Shown piece by piece: positions 21,912 to 34,358 of a stretch of 64,000 nucleotides of DNA. The translations under genes and the position numbers were made by a program. The stretch comes from Macrostomum lignano (Eukaryota): NCBI GenBank assembly GCA_002269645.1, contig NIVC01000864.1, forward strand, positions 124,001 to 188,000. The letters are read 5' to 3'. Each line of letters opens with the position of its first letter. Position 1 is the first letter of the stretch. The notes beneath the pieces are model-generated. The model did not search any database and had not been told where the DNA came from. It saw only the letters and a list, made by a program, of their open reading frames with translations.

Positions 21912-22186
21912 TGTGACGAGTTTATTTAGTTCGAGAACATGGGACTGATGCGCGTGCGCGTGCTGAGTCTGAGTGTTGATCTTGTCCTAGGCCAATATAC
22001 GTATTATTAATTTAACAACTCAATTGCTAGTCTGAATAATGGTGAGTAGGTCAGAAGCAGTATGGCAATGCCAACTATTTACCAAAGGGTAATCTGAGAC
22101 GATAATATAATGTTAATGCCACCCAGCCTACGGGAACTAAGACCAACACACAGAGCGCAGGACTCTACACAAAAACTATCAAGAAG
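21912..22186 (-). repeat. 5' LTR of element A, internal part (275 bp)
   Basis: Identical by eye to 13437-13711. Confidence 0.95.
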
Positions 22187-22571
22187 TGTAGTACACCTTA
22201 ATTTCGTAATTTAAATTGGTGCCAACTCGAGGCGTGTGTTAAGTAAAGCAAAGTAATCGCATAGCAATGTAATAATACTCGTATATTTTCGTTTCGTTCA
22301 ATACTTATATTCGTAACTTTATATCAGCTGAATTTCATCGCCTTAGCTCGATGGTGAGTCCAATAAATGCTGAATCATAGCTCGAACTGTTACTGGCTAT
22401 GCTTTAGAGTGTGCCTAGTAAGCAGGCAGCTGTGCAAGCTTGTGATTGGGCGGTCAAGGCTCAAAGTCAAATTTAGTGTCCTGCCTCCGTTCTTGTTACA
22501 TTTGGCGACCACGCCAGGACGAATTTCTTCATAGCATAAAAGACCGAAGGTTGCACCTGTCATCGATCATC

Positions 22572-25500
22572 ATGTGGTCAGAACGTGAGGCAGAAGAGCC
22601 TCAACGGCTAAGACTGAGAAATCGCGATATTTTACGTCCGACCGCTGCGGCTACGGCTTACACCTCTTCGTCAACCAGTGAGCCAGAATCCGAACGGGAG
22701 GCGAACTGGCGGCGCTATCAAGAGCTTCGTGACCTCGATCCTGTGCAAATCTCTGTCGATGAAGCACGCTGCTGTCAGTCTCAAGTGCCAGTGCCCCCCG
22801 GGCCCGGCCAACCGTCAACGAACTACATGGCGACGGGAGACTCATTCCTGCTGGACACCAGGCCTTCCGCGGCAGCTGCGGCAGCTGCAGTGACACATCC
22901 ACCAAGACCCTCTGTGCACCGTATGGCCGAACCATGGGCTCCGTTGCTCCAAGGCGGATCTCACCCTGGCGCTGGCGACCGCAACCTGTGCGCACCGGTA
23001 TATCAACAAGCAATCCAGCTTCCGTCGGTGCCGAAGCCGGCGCCCTTCAACGGATCCGAACCGTTCGATGACTTTCTGGGTCGAGTGTCTTCGTATTTAA
23101 GCCGGCACCAAGGACTGAGTGACTACAGCAAGATCAACACGCTCAGCAGTTACCTGGGACCAGCATTCGCTACCTACGAGGTCTGGCTCTACCAACTGTG
23201 CGCGCAGCATGGACAGCCCGTTGGGACTTCACTGCAGTTCCTGCCAGGTGCCCGCTATGAAGATCTCCTGCAGCACCTTCGCGCTCGTCATGGCGGTGCC
23301 ACCAGCACTGCGCTACTTCGGCGCGAGCTTCACAGTCGGTGCCGGGGCAGGGACGAGAGGTTCGAGGATTTTCTGACTGCCCTCCAGCGACTCGCGTTCA
23401 AGGCCTACCCAGAGCTCGGTGCTCAAGACTGTCGCCAGCAGACTGTGCTTGAGCGGTTCATTCAAGGGCTGAACGACAACTACGTGACGGAGCGGCTGCT
23501 TAATATGCAGCTGCCTCTTACTACACCGGATCAGGCCCTGCATTATGCCCAGCAAGTGCGCGAGACCCGGCAGATAATGAATTCCCAGTCGCAGCACCAC
23601 AGCGCCGAGGCGTCAGCTCCAGCGGCACCGGTTCAGTCAACACCGACAGGAACCCGACCGCAGCATGGGCCACAGACGACACAACATCACCAGCCAGCGG
23701 CTCATCGAGCGCAGACAGCCCCAGCGCCACCATGGAGATCAGCTGACGCCGCTGCACATCAACAGCAGCAGCCTAGGGCGGTGCCCATCTGCTACGGCTG
23801 CCATCAGCCTGGCCACATCCGCCGGAGGTGCCCAAACGCTGGGGGGGGCTGGTCCAATGGGCCAGCACCGGCCCTCTCAGCACTAAACAGTTCGGCCCAG
23901 CCCCCACGCCCCAGCTGCCAGCCCGACCAAGTGCGCTTCATCACCTCGCGCATGCTCAGAAAACGCCGGCCGTGCATGATCGACACCGGTGCCGAGATCT
24001 CCTGCATCAACGGCGACATCGTGCACTCGGCCAGGCTCAGACGGCAGCTGAGACCCAGCTCAACAACCATCTATGGCGTGGGCGGCAATCAAGCAACAGT
24101 GCTGGGCGAAATTGAGATAAGTTTTTTTCTTGGTCCGCTTCATTTTCGACACAGATTCCTGGCAGTGACCTGCCTCAGCGCACCGGTAATTCTGGGCTGC
24201 GACTTCCTAAACAAATTTGACATTTCGATTCACCTGAGATCAGGCATTCTCGAGTTCAACGGCCTCGGCGTCACCTTGCCAATGCGGACATCCAGGCAGG
24301 CGGCCCAGACTTGCAAGCTGGCAGCGGCAGCCACGGTTCGACTGCAGCCAGGCGATGGCTGGATCATTCCGGTGCGGCCAGCGAGCGCGGCAGCGTGGAC
24401 GAACTCGGAGGCACCAGGCGTTGTCTGCGGCAGCAAGGCGGCCAAAGTGATGATCGGCCGCAGCGTGTCCAAGCTGGTTGACCACGGAATGGGGGTTGCT
24501 GTCATCAACACCAGAGATGAGACAGTCGAGATCAAGGAGGGCGACATCGTCGGCAACTTCAACCCGCTGTCTGGCCGAGCCCTGGCGCACCTGCAAGCCG
24601 GAGGATCTGGTGATGCCAGCGAGGCAGATCCGACTACTGCAACGACCTGGCAGGACGAGGTGCAAATCGCCGATGACATCCCAACCGAGGAGCGGCAGCA
24701 AGTCGAACGCCTTCTGCTGGAGTTCAGTGACGTATTCGCGAGCCCCAGCAACCCAGGCCGCACCCAATTGTTAAAGCACGAGATCGACACAGGCAACGCC
24801 AGGCCAATTCGCCAAGGACTGCGGCGCCTGGCTCCCACAGCGATCGCACAGCAGAAGGAGCTGGTCAACGAGATGCTGGCAAAGGGAGTCGTCCGACCAT
24901 CGTCATCACCTTGGGCATCTCCGATAGTTCTGGTTCGCAAGAAGGACGGGTCGGCCAGATTTTGCTTGGACTACCGCCTGCTGAACGCGGTGACCAAGCC
25001 CGATGCCTTCCCGATGCCCCGCATCGATGACACTCTGGATGCCCTCGAAGGAAACAGCTACTTCTCAGCGCTGGATCTCGAAAGTGGCTACTGGCAAGTC
25101 GAGATGAATGACCGAGACAAGGAGAAGACGGCATTTGTGTGCCATGAAGGCCTGTTTGAATTCAACGTGATGCCGTTCGGACTCCGGAATGCACCAGCCA
25201 CCTTTCAGCGGCTCATGCAGCTGGTGCTCCGGGGGCTGACGTGGCAGGCCTGTCTGGTGTTCATTGACGACGTCATCGTGATGGGCCAGACCATCGGCCA
25301 GCACAACGATCGGCTGCGTTCAGTTCTGGAGCGACTGCGCGAGTTTAACCTGCGCCTCAAGCCGTCAAAGTGCCGATTTGCAAATACCAGCATGTTAGTC
25401 CTGGGCCACCGCGTCAGCAAGACCGGCATCACCGTCGATGAGGGCAAAACCGCGGCTGTGCGAGACTGGCCGGTGCCCCGAGCTCGAAGGACGTCAAGAG

Positions 25501-27759
25501 CTTCCTCGGCATGACCTCCTACTACCGAAGATTTGTGCGCGAATACGCCAATATCGCCGAGCCTCTGCGCCGCCTTACACTGCCTACGCCCTTCGAGTGG
25601 ACGCCAGAAGCCGAGGCGGCCTTCAACCAGCTGAAGCAAGCGCTGCTGTCAGCTCCGATCCTGGCGTTCCCGGACATGAGCGAGTCGGGCTCCGAATTCA
25701 TCCTCGACACCGACGCAAGTGACTGCGCAATCGGCGCGGTGCTGTCGCAAGTGCAGGCGAGCGAAGAGCGGGTTATCGCCTACGCCAGCCGCGCCCTGTC
25801 AAGAGCTGAGCGCAACTACTGCGTGACGCGGCGCGAGCTCCTGGCTGTTGTCGAGTTTGTTAAGAAGTTCCGGAGCTACCTGCTGCCACGCGCCTTCACC
25901 GTTCGAGTGGATCACCAGGCGCTCACCTATCTGCTGGCATTCAAAGAGCCCGAAGGCCAGCTGGCCAGATGGCTGCAGCTGCTCGATGAGTTCAACTTCA
26001 AGGTCGTCTTTCGCCGAGGCCGCCAACACGGCAACGCAGACGCCCTCTCTCGGCGAGAGCAAAAGTGCACCAGCCAGTGTCGAGTCTGTCGGCCAGGGAC
26101 GACAGCGGTGGCGCCAGCCGAGACTTCAACAGCCGCCTGCCAGACGGAGCCGACGGTCGAGGCGCCAGTGCCAATCGCGGAGCCTGCTGGCCGGGTCGAC
26201 ACAGTCAGAGTCAACTCCGTGCAAACCAACGCAGCGACATCAGCGCCGGCTACCTCTGCGGCTGCCCAGACCAACGCCGAGCCGGAACGTCAGGGCACCT
26301 CAAGGCGGAAGCAGCAGCTTCAACCGCGGCCAAGCGAGAGCGAGGACTCCAGCGAAGACGAAATCAGCGACGAGGCCATTCAGGAAGGCGACGCGCTGTC
26401 AGATGCGTCTCAGTCACTGCGTGAACTGCAGCTCCGTGATCCAGACATCGGCCCGGTGTTTCGCCTGCTGTCCAACGGCAAGACAAGGTTCAGCGCCAGC
26501 AGACGTGACCGACTGTCGCCTGAGAGTCTAATTCTGGCACAGAAGATCGGCGACCTGTGTTTCGTCGACGGCGCCCTGAACAAGCTGGTGAAGCCAAGCC
26601 TGTGCCTGTGATTCCGCGCTGCAGACAGGAGGAGTTCATCGAGGAGGTCCATGAGCTTGGGCATCTGGGCGAGGACAAGACCTTGGCAGCCCTCAAGCAG
26701 CGTTGCTACTGGCCGAAAATGGCGGAGAGCGTTCGCCTAGCGGTCAGGTCCTGCCAAGTGTGCCAGCGCGCTAAGACACCGAGTCAGCGCCGAGCTCCAC
26801 TGCAGACTATGGCCAGTGGATTTCCTATGCAGCGCGTGGGCATCAACGTGGTCAAAGTTGGACTGTCACGGCGGGGAAACGATCGGCTGCTCACCATTGT
26901 CGACTACTTCACCAAGTGGGTCGAGCTGGTGCCACTCCCCGACGAGAAAGCGGCCACCATCGCCAAGGCACTGTTCGACAACTGGGTGACGCGTTTCGGA
27001 GCCCCGCACATTCTGCACTCCGACCGTGGCAAGGCCGTGGACGGAAAGGTCATCAGGAGCCTGTGCCGGCTGCTGGAGATTCAGAAGACGCGGACATCCG
27101 GCTACCATCCGCAGTGCGACGGCCTAGTAGAAAGGTTCCACCGCACTCTGCACCAGATGCTCCGCTGCCACCTGCAGTCAGTTCAGCCGGAGGACTGGGA
27201 AGAAGTGCTGCCGCATTGTCTCCTGGCCTACCGCAGCAGCGTCAATGCTACAACCGGGTTTACTCCTCACTGCCTGCTGACTGGCCGGGAAATGACGCTT
27301 CCAGTTGACGTCGTCTACCGGCCACCGGAGCCGCCAATGACAGTCGGCCAGTTCGCCGCCAACAACCGCGACCAGCTGCTTCGCGCCTACGACTCCGTGC
27401 GGCGATCGATGGCACAACGACGCCAGCGGCGGTACTACGACCGGAAGGCCAAGCGGTGCAGATTCCGGGTCGGCGACCTCGTATGGGTTTTCGTTCCGCC
27501 GTCGGCGCTTTCAAGGACGACTGGACTGGCTCCGAAACACCAGGCGCCCTGGACCGGCCCGTTCCGGGTGCTGCAGCGAACGTCGCCGGTGAACTACCTG
27601 GTTCGTCCTATCGATTACAAGGACGGCGACACCGGTCGGGTGGTCCACGCAAACAAGCTGAAACGTGCGCACCAGCCCCGCGCTCCCGACCCGGCGCGGA
27701 GTGAGGCGACCAGCGACTGCAGCAGCGAAGTTCTTGACGATGGCTGGGTCCTAGTGTGA
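22572..27759 (+). pseudogene. Element B gag-pol, broken by two apparent -1 frameshifts (about 25480 and about 26590)
   Basis: CYGCHQPGHIRRRC, IDTGAEIS and FIDDVIV are in frame 1; SFLGMTSYYRRF, TDASDCAIG and RNase H are in frame 2; HELGHLG...CQVC and the integrase core are in frame 3. The first ATG after the PBS is at 22572; the track start at 22446 is a TTG inside the LTR. Confidence 0.9.
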
Positions 27760-28427
27760 GTCTGACAATCTTTTTTGCCGATTTCTGCGACCTGCGCAGT
27801 TTGTGCTTGAGTTGTGCATTTGTGCGCTGTTCCAGCAGAGCTGCCTTTGCGTGTCTCTTGGCTGAGTATTTTTTGCGTTTAATTCGTTTTTAAGATTCAA
27901 ATCCGCTGTCTTTTCGAGTTTTAATCAGTTGTGGTTTCCGAGTTCCAGGCCGGTGCTTTATATATTCCCTTATATATTAAATCGCATTTTGCTATCAAAA
28001 TATTTATTTTCGATTTCAACAATATTTTCTAAATTCAAAAAAATTGGTAAATTTTCGCGTTGAAGTGAATATTGCATTTTTATTCCGCATTGACATAATT
28101 GTTCGATTTTTAGCATCCGTTAGGGTATGTGCGTTGATCATCATCCGATATTCTACTGAATTAGACTCGAGCATTTTCGTTCCGCGTTAGGTTCAAACTG
28201 CATTGGTGAAGTCCTAAATTGCTGTGGTTGAAGAATTTTGCCGCTATTTTTGAAGTTGGCTTTTAACTTTTGCTCATACGCGATTCGATCCTTTAGTGTC
28301 CGTCTTGTGAGCGTGCATTGAACGCAACTTGTATTGTGTCAAAGAAATATTTTCATAAAGTAGATTTTGTTCGAACTGTCAATTTTCAGCGCAATGGGGA
28401 CATTGTTTTTTTTCGCGAGGGGGGTAG

Positions 28428-28741
28428 TGTAGTACACCTTAATTTCGTAATTTAAACTGGTGCCAACTCGAGGCGTGTGTTAAGTAAAGCAAAGTAATCG
28501 CATAGCAATGTAATAATACTCGTATATTTTCGTTTCGTTCAATACTTATATTCGTAACTTTATATCAGCTGAATTTCATCGCCTTAGCTCGATGGTGAGT
28601 CCAATAAATGCTGAATCATAGCTCGAACTGTTACTGGCTATGCTTTAGAGTGTGCCTAGTAAGCAGGCAGCTGTGCAAGCTTGTGATTGGGCGGTCAAGG
28701 CTCAAAGTCAAATTTAGTGTCCTGCCTCCGTTCTTGTTACA
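28428..28741 (+). repeat. 3' LTR of element B
   Basis: Copy of 22187-22500. Confidence 0.96.
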
Positions 28742-28745
28742 GAAG

Positions 28746-28923
28746 CAAAATTTGAATAACTGCACTAATTGAAAATAGAAAAACAAAATTAAACCAAATG
28801 AGGAAAGTAACTAAAAAATAAGTTACAAACATTAGACCAAAATAGATATAGTTTTAAATATTAATTGCAAAAAAACATAAATACGAAATTGAACATTTTC
28901 AATACAGAAGCGACGACGTTACA
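28746..28923 (-). repeat. 5' LTR of element A, outer part (178 bp)
   Basis: Identical by eye to 13712-13889 and followed by TSD CACG. Confidence 0.95.
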
Positions 28924-30194
28924 CACGGGCCCGCACGCATGCATGGCATTGGCATGATGATAGGTCGGTTGGGTTAAAAGGTTATGAAATCCTAGAATTA
29001 ATTATTTGCCTAATAACTACCTATCCTACAAAATGGCTGTTTGTCCTGGTAAAATAATTTCTGCTAACTAAAAATTTGTAAGTCTGATTTAGTGATTAAA
29101 AGCTATTTCAAGTAATATACATATAATTCATTTAACAGAAAATTAAAACACAAGTTCTAGCACTTAGTTTCTACCTTTTCTACAGACGAGTCTACAATTA
29201 TAAAATTGGCACTATAATTATATTTGGCTTAAACAACTTTTATTTCTTCAATTTGATTATAAATTAGGCCTAGGATATATTAGGCCTAATATTATTTATT
29301 TATTTATTTATTTTGGATTTTTTATGAAGTATATATAGGACTAGCAAAATTGTAAATATAGATGTCTAAGTTTTAGTATATTTAGATATCTAAGAATCTA
29401 TAATATTTTCCAATGAAATTTGTATCATTTTCCATATATGAAAAATGAAAAAGGTATAAGGCACTAATATGCCTATATTATAATTTCTATTTCTGATGCA
29501 AGCCTATTATATTATAAAAAAACCTCAAAATTTGAGTTAAATTAAAATTAGGCTTATGTTTCCAAGCTTTGAAGATTATCTCATTAAAGACTTTTTAAGT
29601 AATTCTAGATAGATATTATATAGAAAAGTTTGACTTTTTGTATAGGCTTAATTTATTTAGTTGTTCAAAAATATATATTTGATATGAAATTGCTAAATTT
29701 TGTTTATAATGACTTTGCACTTTGACTTTTATAGATCCAAAATATTGAAAAATGATAATTCAAATCTATATTAAAAAAAGAAAATGGTCTTATTGGTCTA
29801 TAATCTGCTAGATTTTTATCTCAGTAGGACTAGACTTTACCACCTTATATAGCTCAAAGACTCTAGTTCAAATCAGCATCATACATGTGCAATAGTTGGC
29901 TGAGTTGGCCAATTTGGCCGACCAATTTGGTGGCCAACCAAGGTAAATAATTGCAAAAAGGCCATCCATATTAATGCCCAAGTAGTACTAAGTACATGAT
30001 GAGGCATTTTGCCTTAATTAGACAGTCATAGTTACTCCTGTCATTGACCCAAAGTTGCATTAATTTTGCATTAGGGTTTCTTTTACATATAAGTTGCATT
30101 TTTGGCCAAAAACTATGTCGCATTTTTGTTAAAACTAAGTCACATGGCCGACCAAATTTTAGAGGTTGCGCATGTATGATTAGCATCATAGGAG

Positions 30195-30710
30195 AGTGTA
30201 GATTCAATCAGCATAACAAGAGACTATAAATCCAATTAGCATCACAAGAGACTATAGATCAAATTAGCATCACAGAAAACTGTAAATCCAATTAACATCA
30301 CAGGAGGCAGTAGATCCAGTCAGCATCACAGGAGGCTGTAGATCCAATCAGCATCACAGGAGACTGTAGATCCAATCAGCATCACAGGAGACTGTAGATC
30401 CAATCAGCATCACAGGAGGCAGTAGATCCAATCAGCATCACAGGAGGCAGTAGATCCAATCAGCATCACAGGAGACTGTAGATCCAATCAGCATCACAGG
30501 AGGCAGTAGATCCAATCAGCATCACAGAAGACTGTAGATCCAATCAGCATCACAGGAGACTAGATCCAATCAGCATCACAGGAGACTGTAGATCCAATCA
30601 GCATCACAGGAGACTGTAGATCCAGTCAGCATCACAAGAGGCAGTAGATCCAGTCAGCATCACAAGAGGCAGTAGATCCAGTCAGCATCACAAGAGGCAG
30701 TAGATCCATG
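30195..30710. repeat. 28-bp minisatellite (GTAGATCCAATCAGCATCACAGGAGACT) directly upstream of CWF19L1
   Basis: About 18 visible copies. Confidence 0.93.
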
Positions 30711-30773
30711 TGAACCACAAAAACTCTCCGAATGGCACCAAATCCAAAGCTACTATTAGAAATTGCAGCCAAC

Positions 30774-31125
30774 ATGTCGGAGCCAGTTAAGCTGCTAATC
30801 AGTGGCAGCGTAGGCGGTCGCTTAGACGATGTCTACAAGCGCTGCTTGAGGGCTCAGAAAAAATCTGGAGCCAAATTTGCCATGCTATTCTGCGTTGGCG
30901 ATTTTTTCGGCGCCGAATCTGGTCCGGGCGTCGAAGTGATTAAGCGTTACATTAGCGGCGCCACCAAAGCGCCACTGACGACTTATGTGGTGTCGCCTCT
31001 GCCTGAATGGGCCAATGCTCTGGTGCCCGATCCCAGTGGCTGCGAGATCGGGCCCAATCTGATCTACCTGGGCCGGCGAGGACTGTTCTCTGGCCAGACT
31101 GGGCTCAAGGTGGCCTACTTGGCTG
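30774..31125 (+). CDS. CWF19L1: CWF19-like protein 1, exon 1/3 (N-terminal metallophosphoesterase-like domain); full protein about 553 aa from 30774-31125, 32114-32629, 34251-35044
   Basis: MSEPVKLLISGSVGG...FAMLFCVGDFFG...YLGRRGLF...GLKVAYLAG matches the CWF19L1/Drn1 N-terminus; donor |gttagt, phase 1. An alternative upstream ATG lies at 30732. Confidence 0.88.
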
Positions 31126-31164
31126 GTTAGTGCCGCCTTTATCACCTCTTCGACTTCAATTCCT

Positions 31165-32100
31165 TGCTACCCTCCGATGCTTCAGCTGCTACCCTCCCGA
31201 TGCTTCAGCTGCTACCCTCCCGATGCTCCAGTTGCTACCCTCTCCGATGCTTCAGTTGCTACCCTCTCCGGTGCTTCAGTTGCTACCCTCTCCGATGCTT
31301 CAGCTGCTACCCTCCCGATGCTCCAGTTGCTACCCTCTCAGATGCTTCAGCTGCTACCCTCTCCGATGCTTCAGTTGCTACCCTCTCCGGTGCTTCAGTT
31401 GCTACCCTCTCCGATGCTTCAGCTGCTACCCTCCCGATGCTTCAGTTCAGTTGCTACCCTCCCGATGCTCCAGTTGCTACCCTCTCCAATGCTTCAGCAG
31501 TTCAGCTGCTACCCTCCCGATGCTTCAGTTGCTACCCTCTCCGATGCTTCAGTTGCTACCCTCTCCGGTGCTTCAGTTGCTACCCTCTCCGATGCTTCAG
31601 CTGCTACCCTCCCGATGCTTCAGCTGCTACCCTCCCGATGCTTCAGTTCAGTTGCTACCCTCCCAATGCTTCAGTTCAGTTGCTACCCTCCCGATGCTCC
31701 AGTTGCTACCCTCCCGATGCTCCAGTTGCTACCCTCTCCAATGCTTCAGCAGTTCAGCTGCTACCCTCCCGATGCTTCAGCTGCTACCCTCTCCGATGCT
31801 TCAGTTCAGTTGCTACCCTCCCGATGCTCCAGTTGCTACCCTCCCGATGCTCCAGTTGCTACCCTCCCGATGCTCCAGTTGCTACCCTTCCGATGCTTCA
31901 GTTCAGTTGGTACCCTCTCCAATGCTTTAGCTGCTACCCTCCCGATGCTCCAGTTGCTACCCTCCCGATGCTCCAGTTGCTACCCTCCCGATGCTCCAGT
32001 TGCTACCCTCCCGATGCTCCAGTTGCTACCCTCCCGATGCTCCAGTTGCTACCCTCCCGATGCTCCAGTTGCTACCCTCCCGATGCTCCAGTTGCTACCC
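31165..32100. repeat. 23-25-bp minisatellite (TGCTACCCTCCCGATGCTCCAGT) filling CWF19L1 intron 1
   Basis: Visible copies; explains ORFs 31007..31930 and 31164..32156 and the 5' half of 31177..32664. Confidence 0.93.
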
Positions 32101-32113
32101 TCCCATCCCACAG

Positions 32114-32629
32114 GCACCAGCCGCGGCGAGGAGTCCCGCCGATTCAGAGACTCTGAGCTGGCCTGGCTGGCCGGCCAAGCCTCAGACGCAGAGTTCCCAG
32201 GCGTGGATTTGTTGCTAACCTGCGCCTGGCCAGCTGGCACTCTGACTGGCTGCGAAGACTGGCTACCAATGGACGAGTGCCAGGCGGTGGAGTCCGCCTC
32301 CAAGCCGTTTGCTCATCCCGCCATTGCCAGGCTGGCCGCCCGTCTCCGCCCGCGCTATCACGTTGTCGCCTGCGGCGACGGCTCGGACAGCGGGCTGGAC
32401 TTCGAACGGCTGCCCTATCGGAATCACCGGGTCGGCTCGGAACGGGAGCGGCACTCGACCAGGTTCCACTCGTTGGCTGGCGTTAGCAGCGGCAGGCGCT
32501 GTCTGTACGCTTTACAGTTGACCCCTTTGGCTAAGATTGATCGGGTTGAACTGCTGAAACAGACTCCCAGCGGCGCTGGCGTCACCGACTGTCCGTATAA
32601 GGATGACGGCAAGGATGTCAGCACAGTTG
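32114..32629 (+). CDS. CWF19L1: CWF19L1 exon 2/3
   Basis: Acceptor cccacag|, donor |gtgagc, phase 1/1. GVDLLLTCAWP, RLRPRYH, FERLPYRNH and TRFHSLA are CWF19L1-like motifs. Confidence 0.9.
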
Positions 32630-32659
32630 GTGAGCTGGGGTGCTATTTTGTGTCTGAGC

Positions 32660-34190
32660 TGTAGCTGTTTATATTGGTCAGCTGTAGCTGTTTATATTGG
32701 TCAGCTGTAGCTGTATATATTGGTCAGCTGTAGCTGTTTATATTGGTCAGCTGTAGCTGTATATATTGGTCAGCTGTAGTTGTATATATTGGTCAGCTGT
32801 AGTTGTTTATATTGGTCAGCTGTAGCTGTATATATTGGTCAGCTGTAGTTGTTTATATTGGTCAGCTGTAGCTGTTTATATTGGTCAGCTGTAGATGTTT
32901 ATATTGGTCAGCTGTAGTTGTTTATATTGGTCAGCTGTAGATGCTTATATTGGTCAGCTGTAGATGTTTATATTGGTCAGCTGTAGATGTTTATATTGGT
33001 CAGCTGTAGATGCTTATATTGGTCAGCTGTAGATGTTTATATTGGTCAGCTGTAGATGTTATATTGGTCAGCTGTAGATGTTATATTGGTCAGCTGTAGA
33101 TGTTTATATTGGTCAGCTGTAGATGTTTATATTGGTCAGCTGTAGATGTTATATTGGTCAGCTGTAGATGTTATATTGGTCAGCTGTAGATGTTATATTG
33201 GTCAGCTGTAGATGTTTATATTGGTCAGCTGTAGATGTTTATATTGGTCAGCTGTAGATGTTATATTGGTCAGCTGTAGATGTTATATTGGTCAGCTGTA
33301 GATGTTATATTGGTCAGCTGTAGATGCTTATATTGGTCAGCTGTGGATGTTTATATTGGTCAGCTGTAGATGTTATATTGGTCAGCTGTAGATGTTATAT
33401 TGGTCAGCTGTAGATGCTTATATTGGTCAGCTGTAGATGTTATATTGGTCAGCTGTAGATGTTTATATTAGTCAGCTGTAGCTGTTTATTTTAGTCAGCT
33501 GTAGCTGTTTATATTAGTCAGCTGTAGATGTTTATATTAGTCAGCTGTAGCTGTTTATATTAGTCAGCTGTAGACATCAACTGGTCAGCTGTAGACAGCA
33601 ACTGGTCAGCTGTAGACAGCAACTGGTCAGCTGTAGACAGCAACTGGTCAGCTGTAGACAGCAACTGGTCAGCTGTAGACAGCAACTGGTCAGCTGTAGA
33701 CAGCAACTGGTCAGCTGTAGACAGCAACTGGTCAGCTGTAGACAGCAACTGGTCAGCTGTAGACAGCAACTGGTCAGCTGTAGACAGCAACTGGTCAGCT
33801 GTAGACAGCAACTGGTCAGCTGTAGACAGCAACTGGTCAGCTGTAGACAGCAACTGGTCAGCTGTAGACAGCAACTGGTCAGCTGTAGACAGCAACTGGT
33901 CAGCTGTAGACAGCAACTGGTCAGCTGTAGACAGCAACTGGTCAGCTGTAGACAGCAACTGGTCAGCTGTAGACAGCAACTGGTCAGCTGTAGACAGCAA
34001 CTGGTCAGCTGTAGACAGCAACTGGTCAGCTGTAGACAGCAACTGGTCAGCTGTAGACAGCAACTGGTCAGCTGTAGACAGCAACTGGTCAGCTGTAGAC
34101 AGCAACTGGTCAGCTGTAGACAGCAACTGGTCAGCTGTAGACAGCAACTGGTCAGCTGTAGACAGCAACTGGTCAGCTGTAGACAGCAAC
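32660..34190. repeat. Compound minisatellite in CWF19L1 intron 2: a 22-23-bp unit (GGTCAGCTGTAGATGTTTATATT) switching to a 21-bp unit (GGTCAGCTGTAGACAGCAACT)
   Basis: Shared core GGTCAGCTGTAG; the switch is near 33570. Confidence 0.95.
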
Positions 34191-34250
34191 TGCAGACCCT
34201 CTGCCCACCAATCGCCACCAATCTGGATTCCCAATCCCCTCCCCCCTCAG

Positions 34251-34327
34251 AAGCCGGGCCGCGCAGTTTCTTCTTCGCCGAAGCCTCCGGCAAGCCGGGC
34301 CACGCCGGTCAGAAACGGAGATCCGAA

Positions 34328-34358
<31 letters not shown>

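Larger units (their letters stand above)
22187..28741 (+). mobile_element. Ty3/Gypsy LTR retrotransposon B nested in the 5' LTR of element A, in opposite orientation
   Basis: 314-bp LTRs at 22187-22500 and 28428-28741 (TGTAGT...GTTACA; one mismatch seen, 22216 T vs 28457 C); TSD GAAG at 22183-22186 and 28742-28745; PBS TGGCGACCACGCCAGGAC from 22503; PPT GAGGGGGGTAG at 28417-28427. Confidence 0.97.
13437..28923 (-). mobile_element. Full-length Ty3/Gypsy LTR retrotransposon A, with its 5' LTR interrupted by element B
   Basis: 453-bp TG...CA LTRs at 13437-13889 and 21912-22186+28746-28923 (no difference seen by eye); 4-bp TSD CACG at 13433-13436 and 28924-28927; PPT, PBS and an intact gag-pol ORF are present. 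Confidence 0.97.

Noticed and set aside
25470-26600. Programmed ribosomal frameshifts in element B
   Set aside because: No slippery heptamer is present, and the shifts fall inside the RT connection region and just before integrase, not at the gag/pol boundary.
31007-32113. ORF-track proteins joining repeat-derived sequence to CWF19L1 (e.g. the 495-aa ORF)
   Set aside because: The repeat lies between a phase-matched donor (31126) and acceptor (32113), so it is intronic.
33560-34293. (LLSTADQ)n and Cys-rich (LQLTSCC)n ORFs, superficially metallothionein- or keratin-associated-like
   Set aside because: They are antisense translations of a perfect 21-bp intronic repeat.
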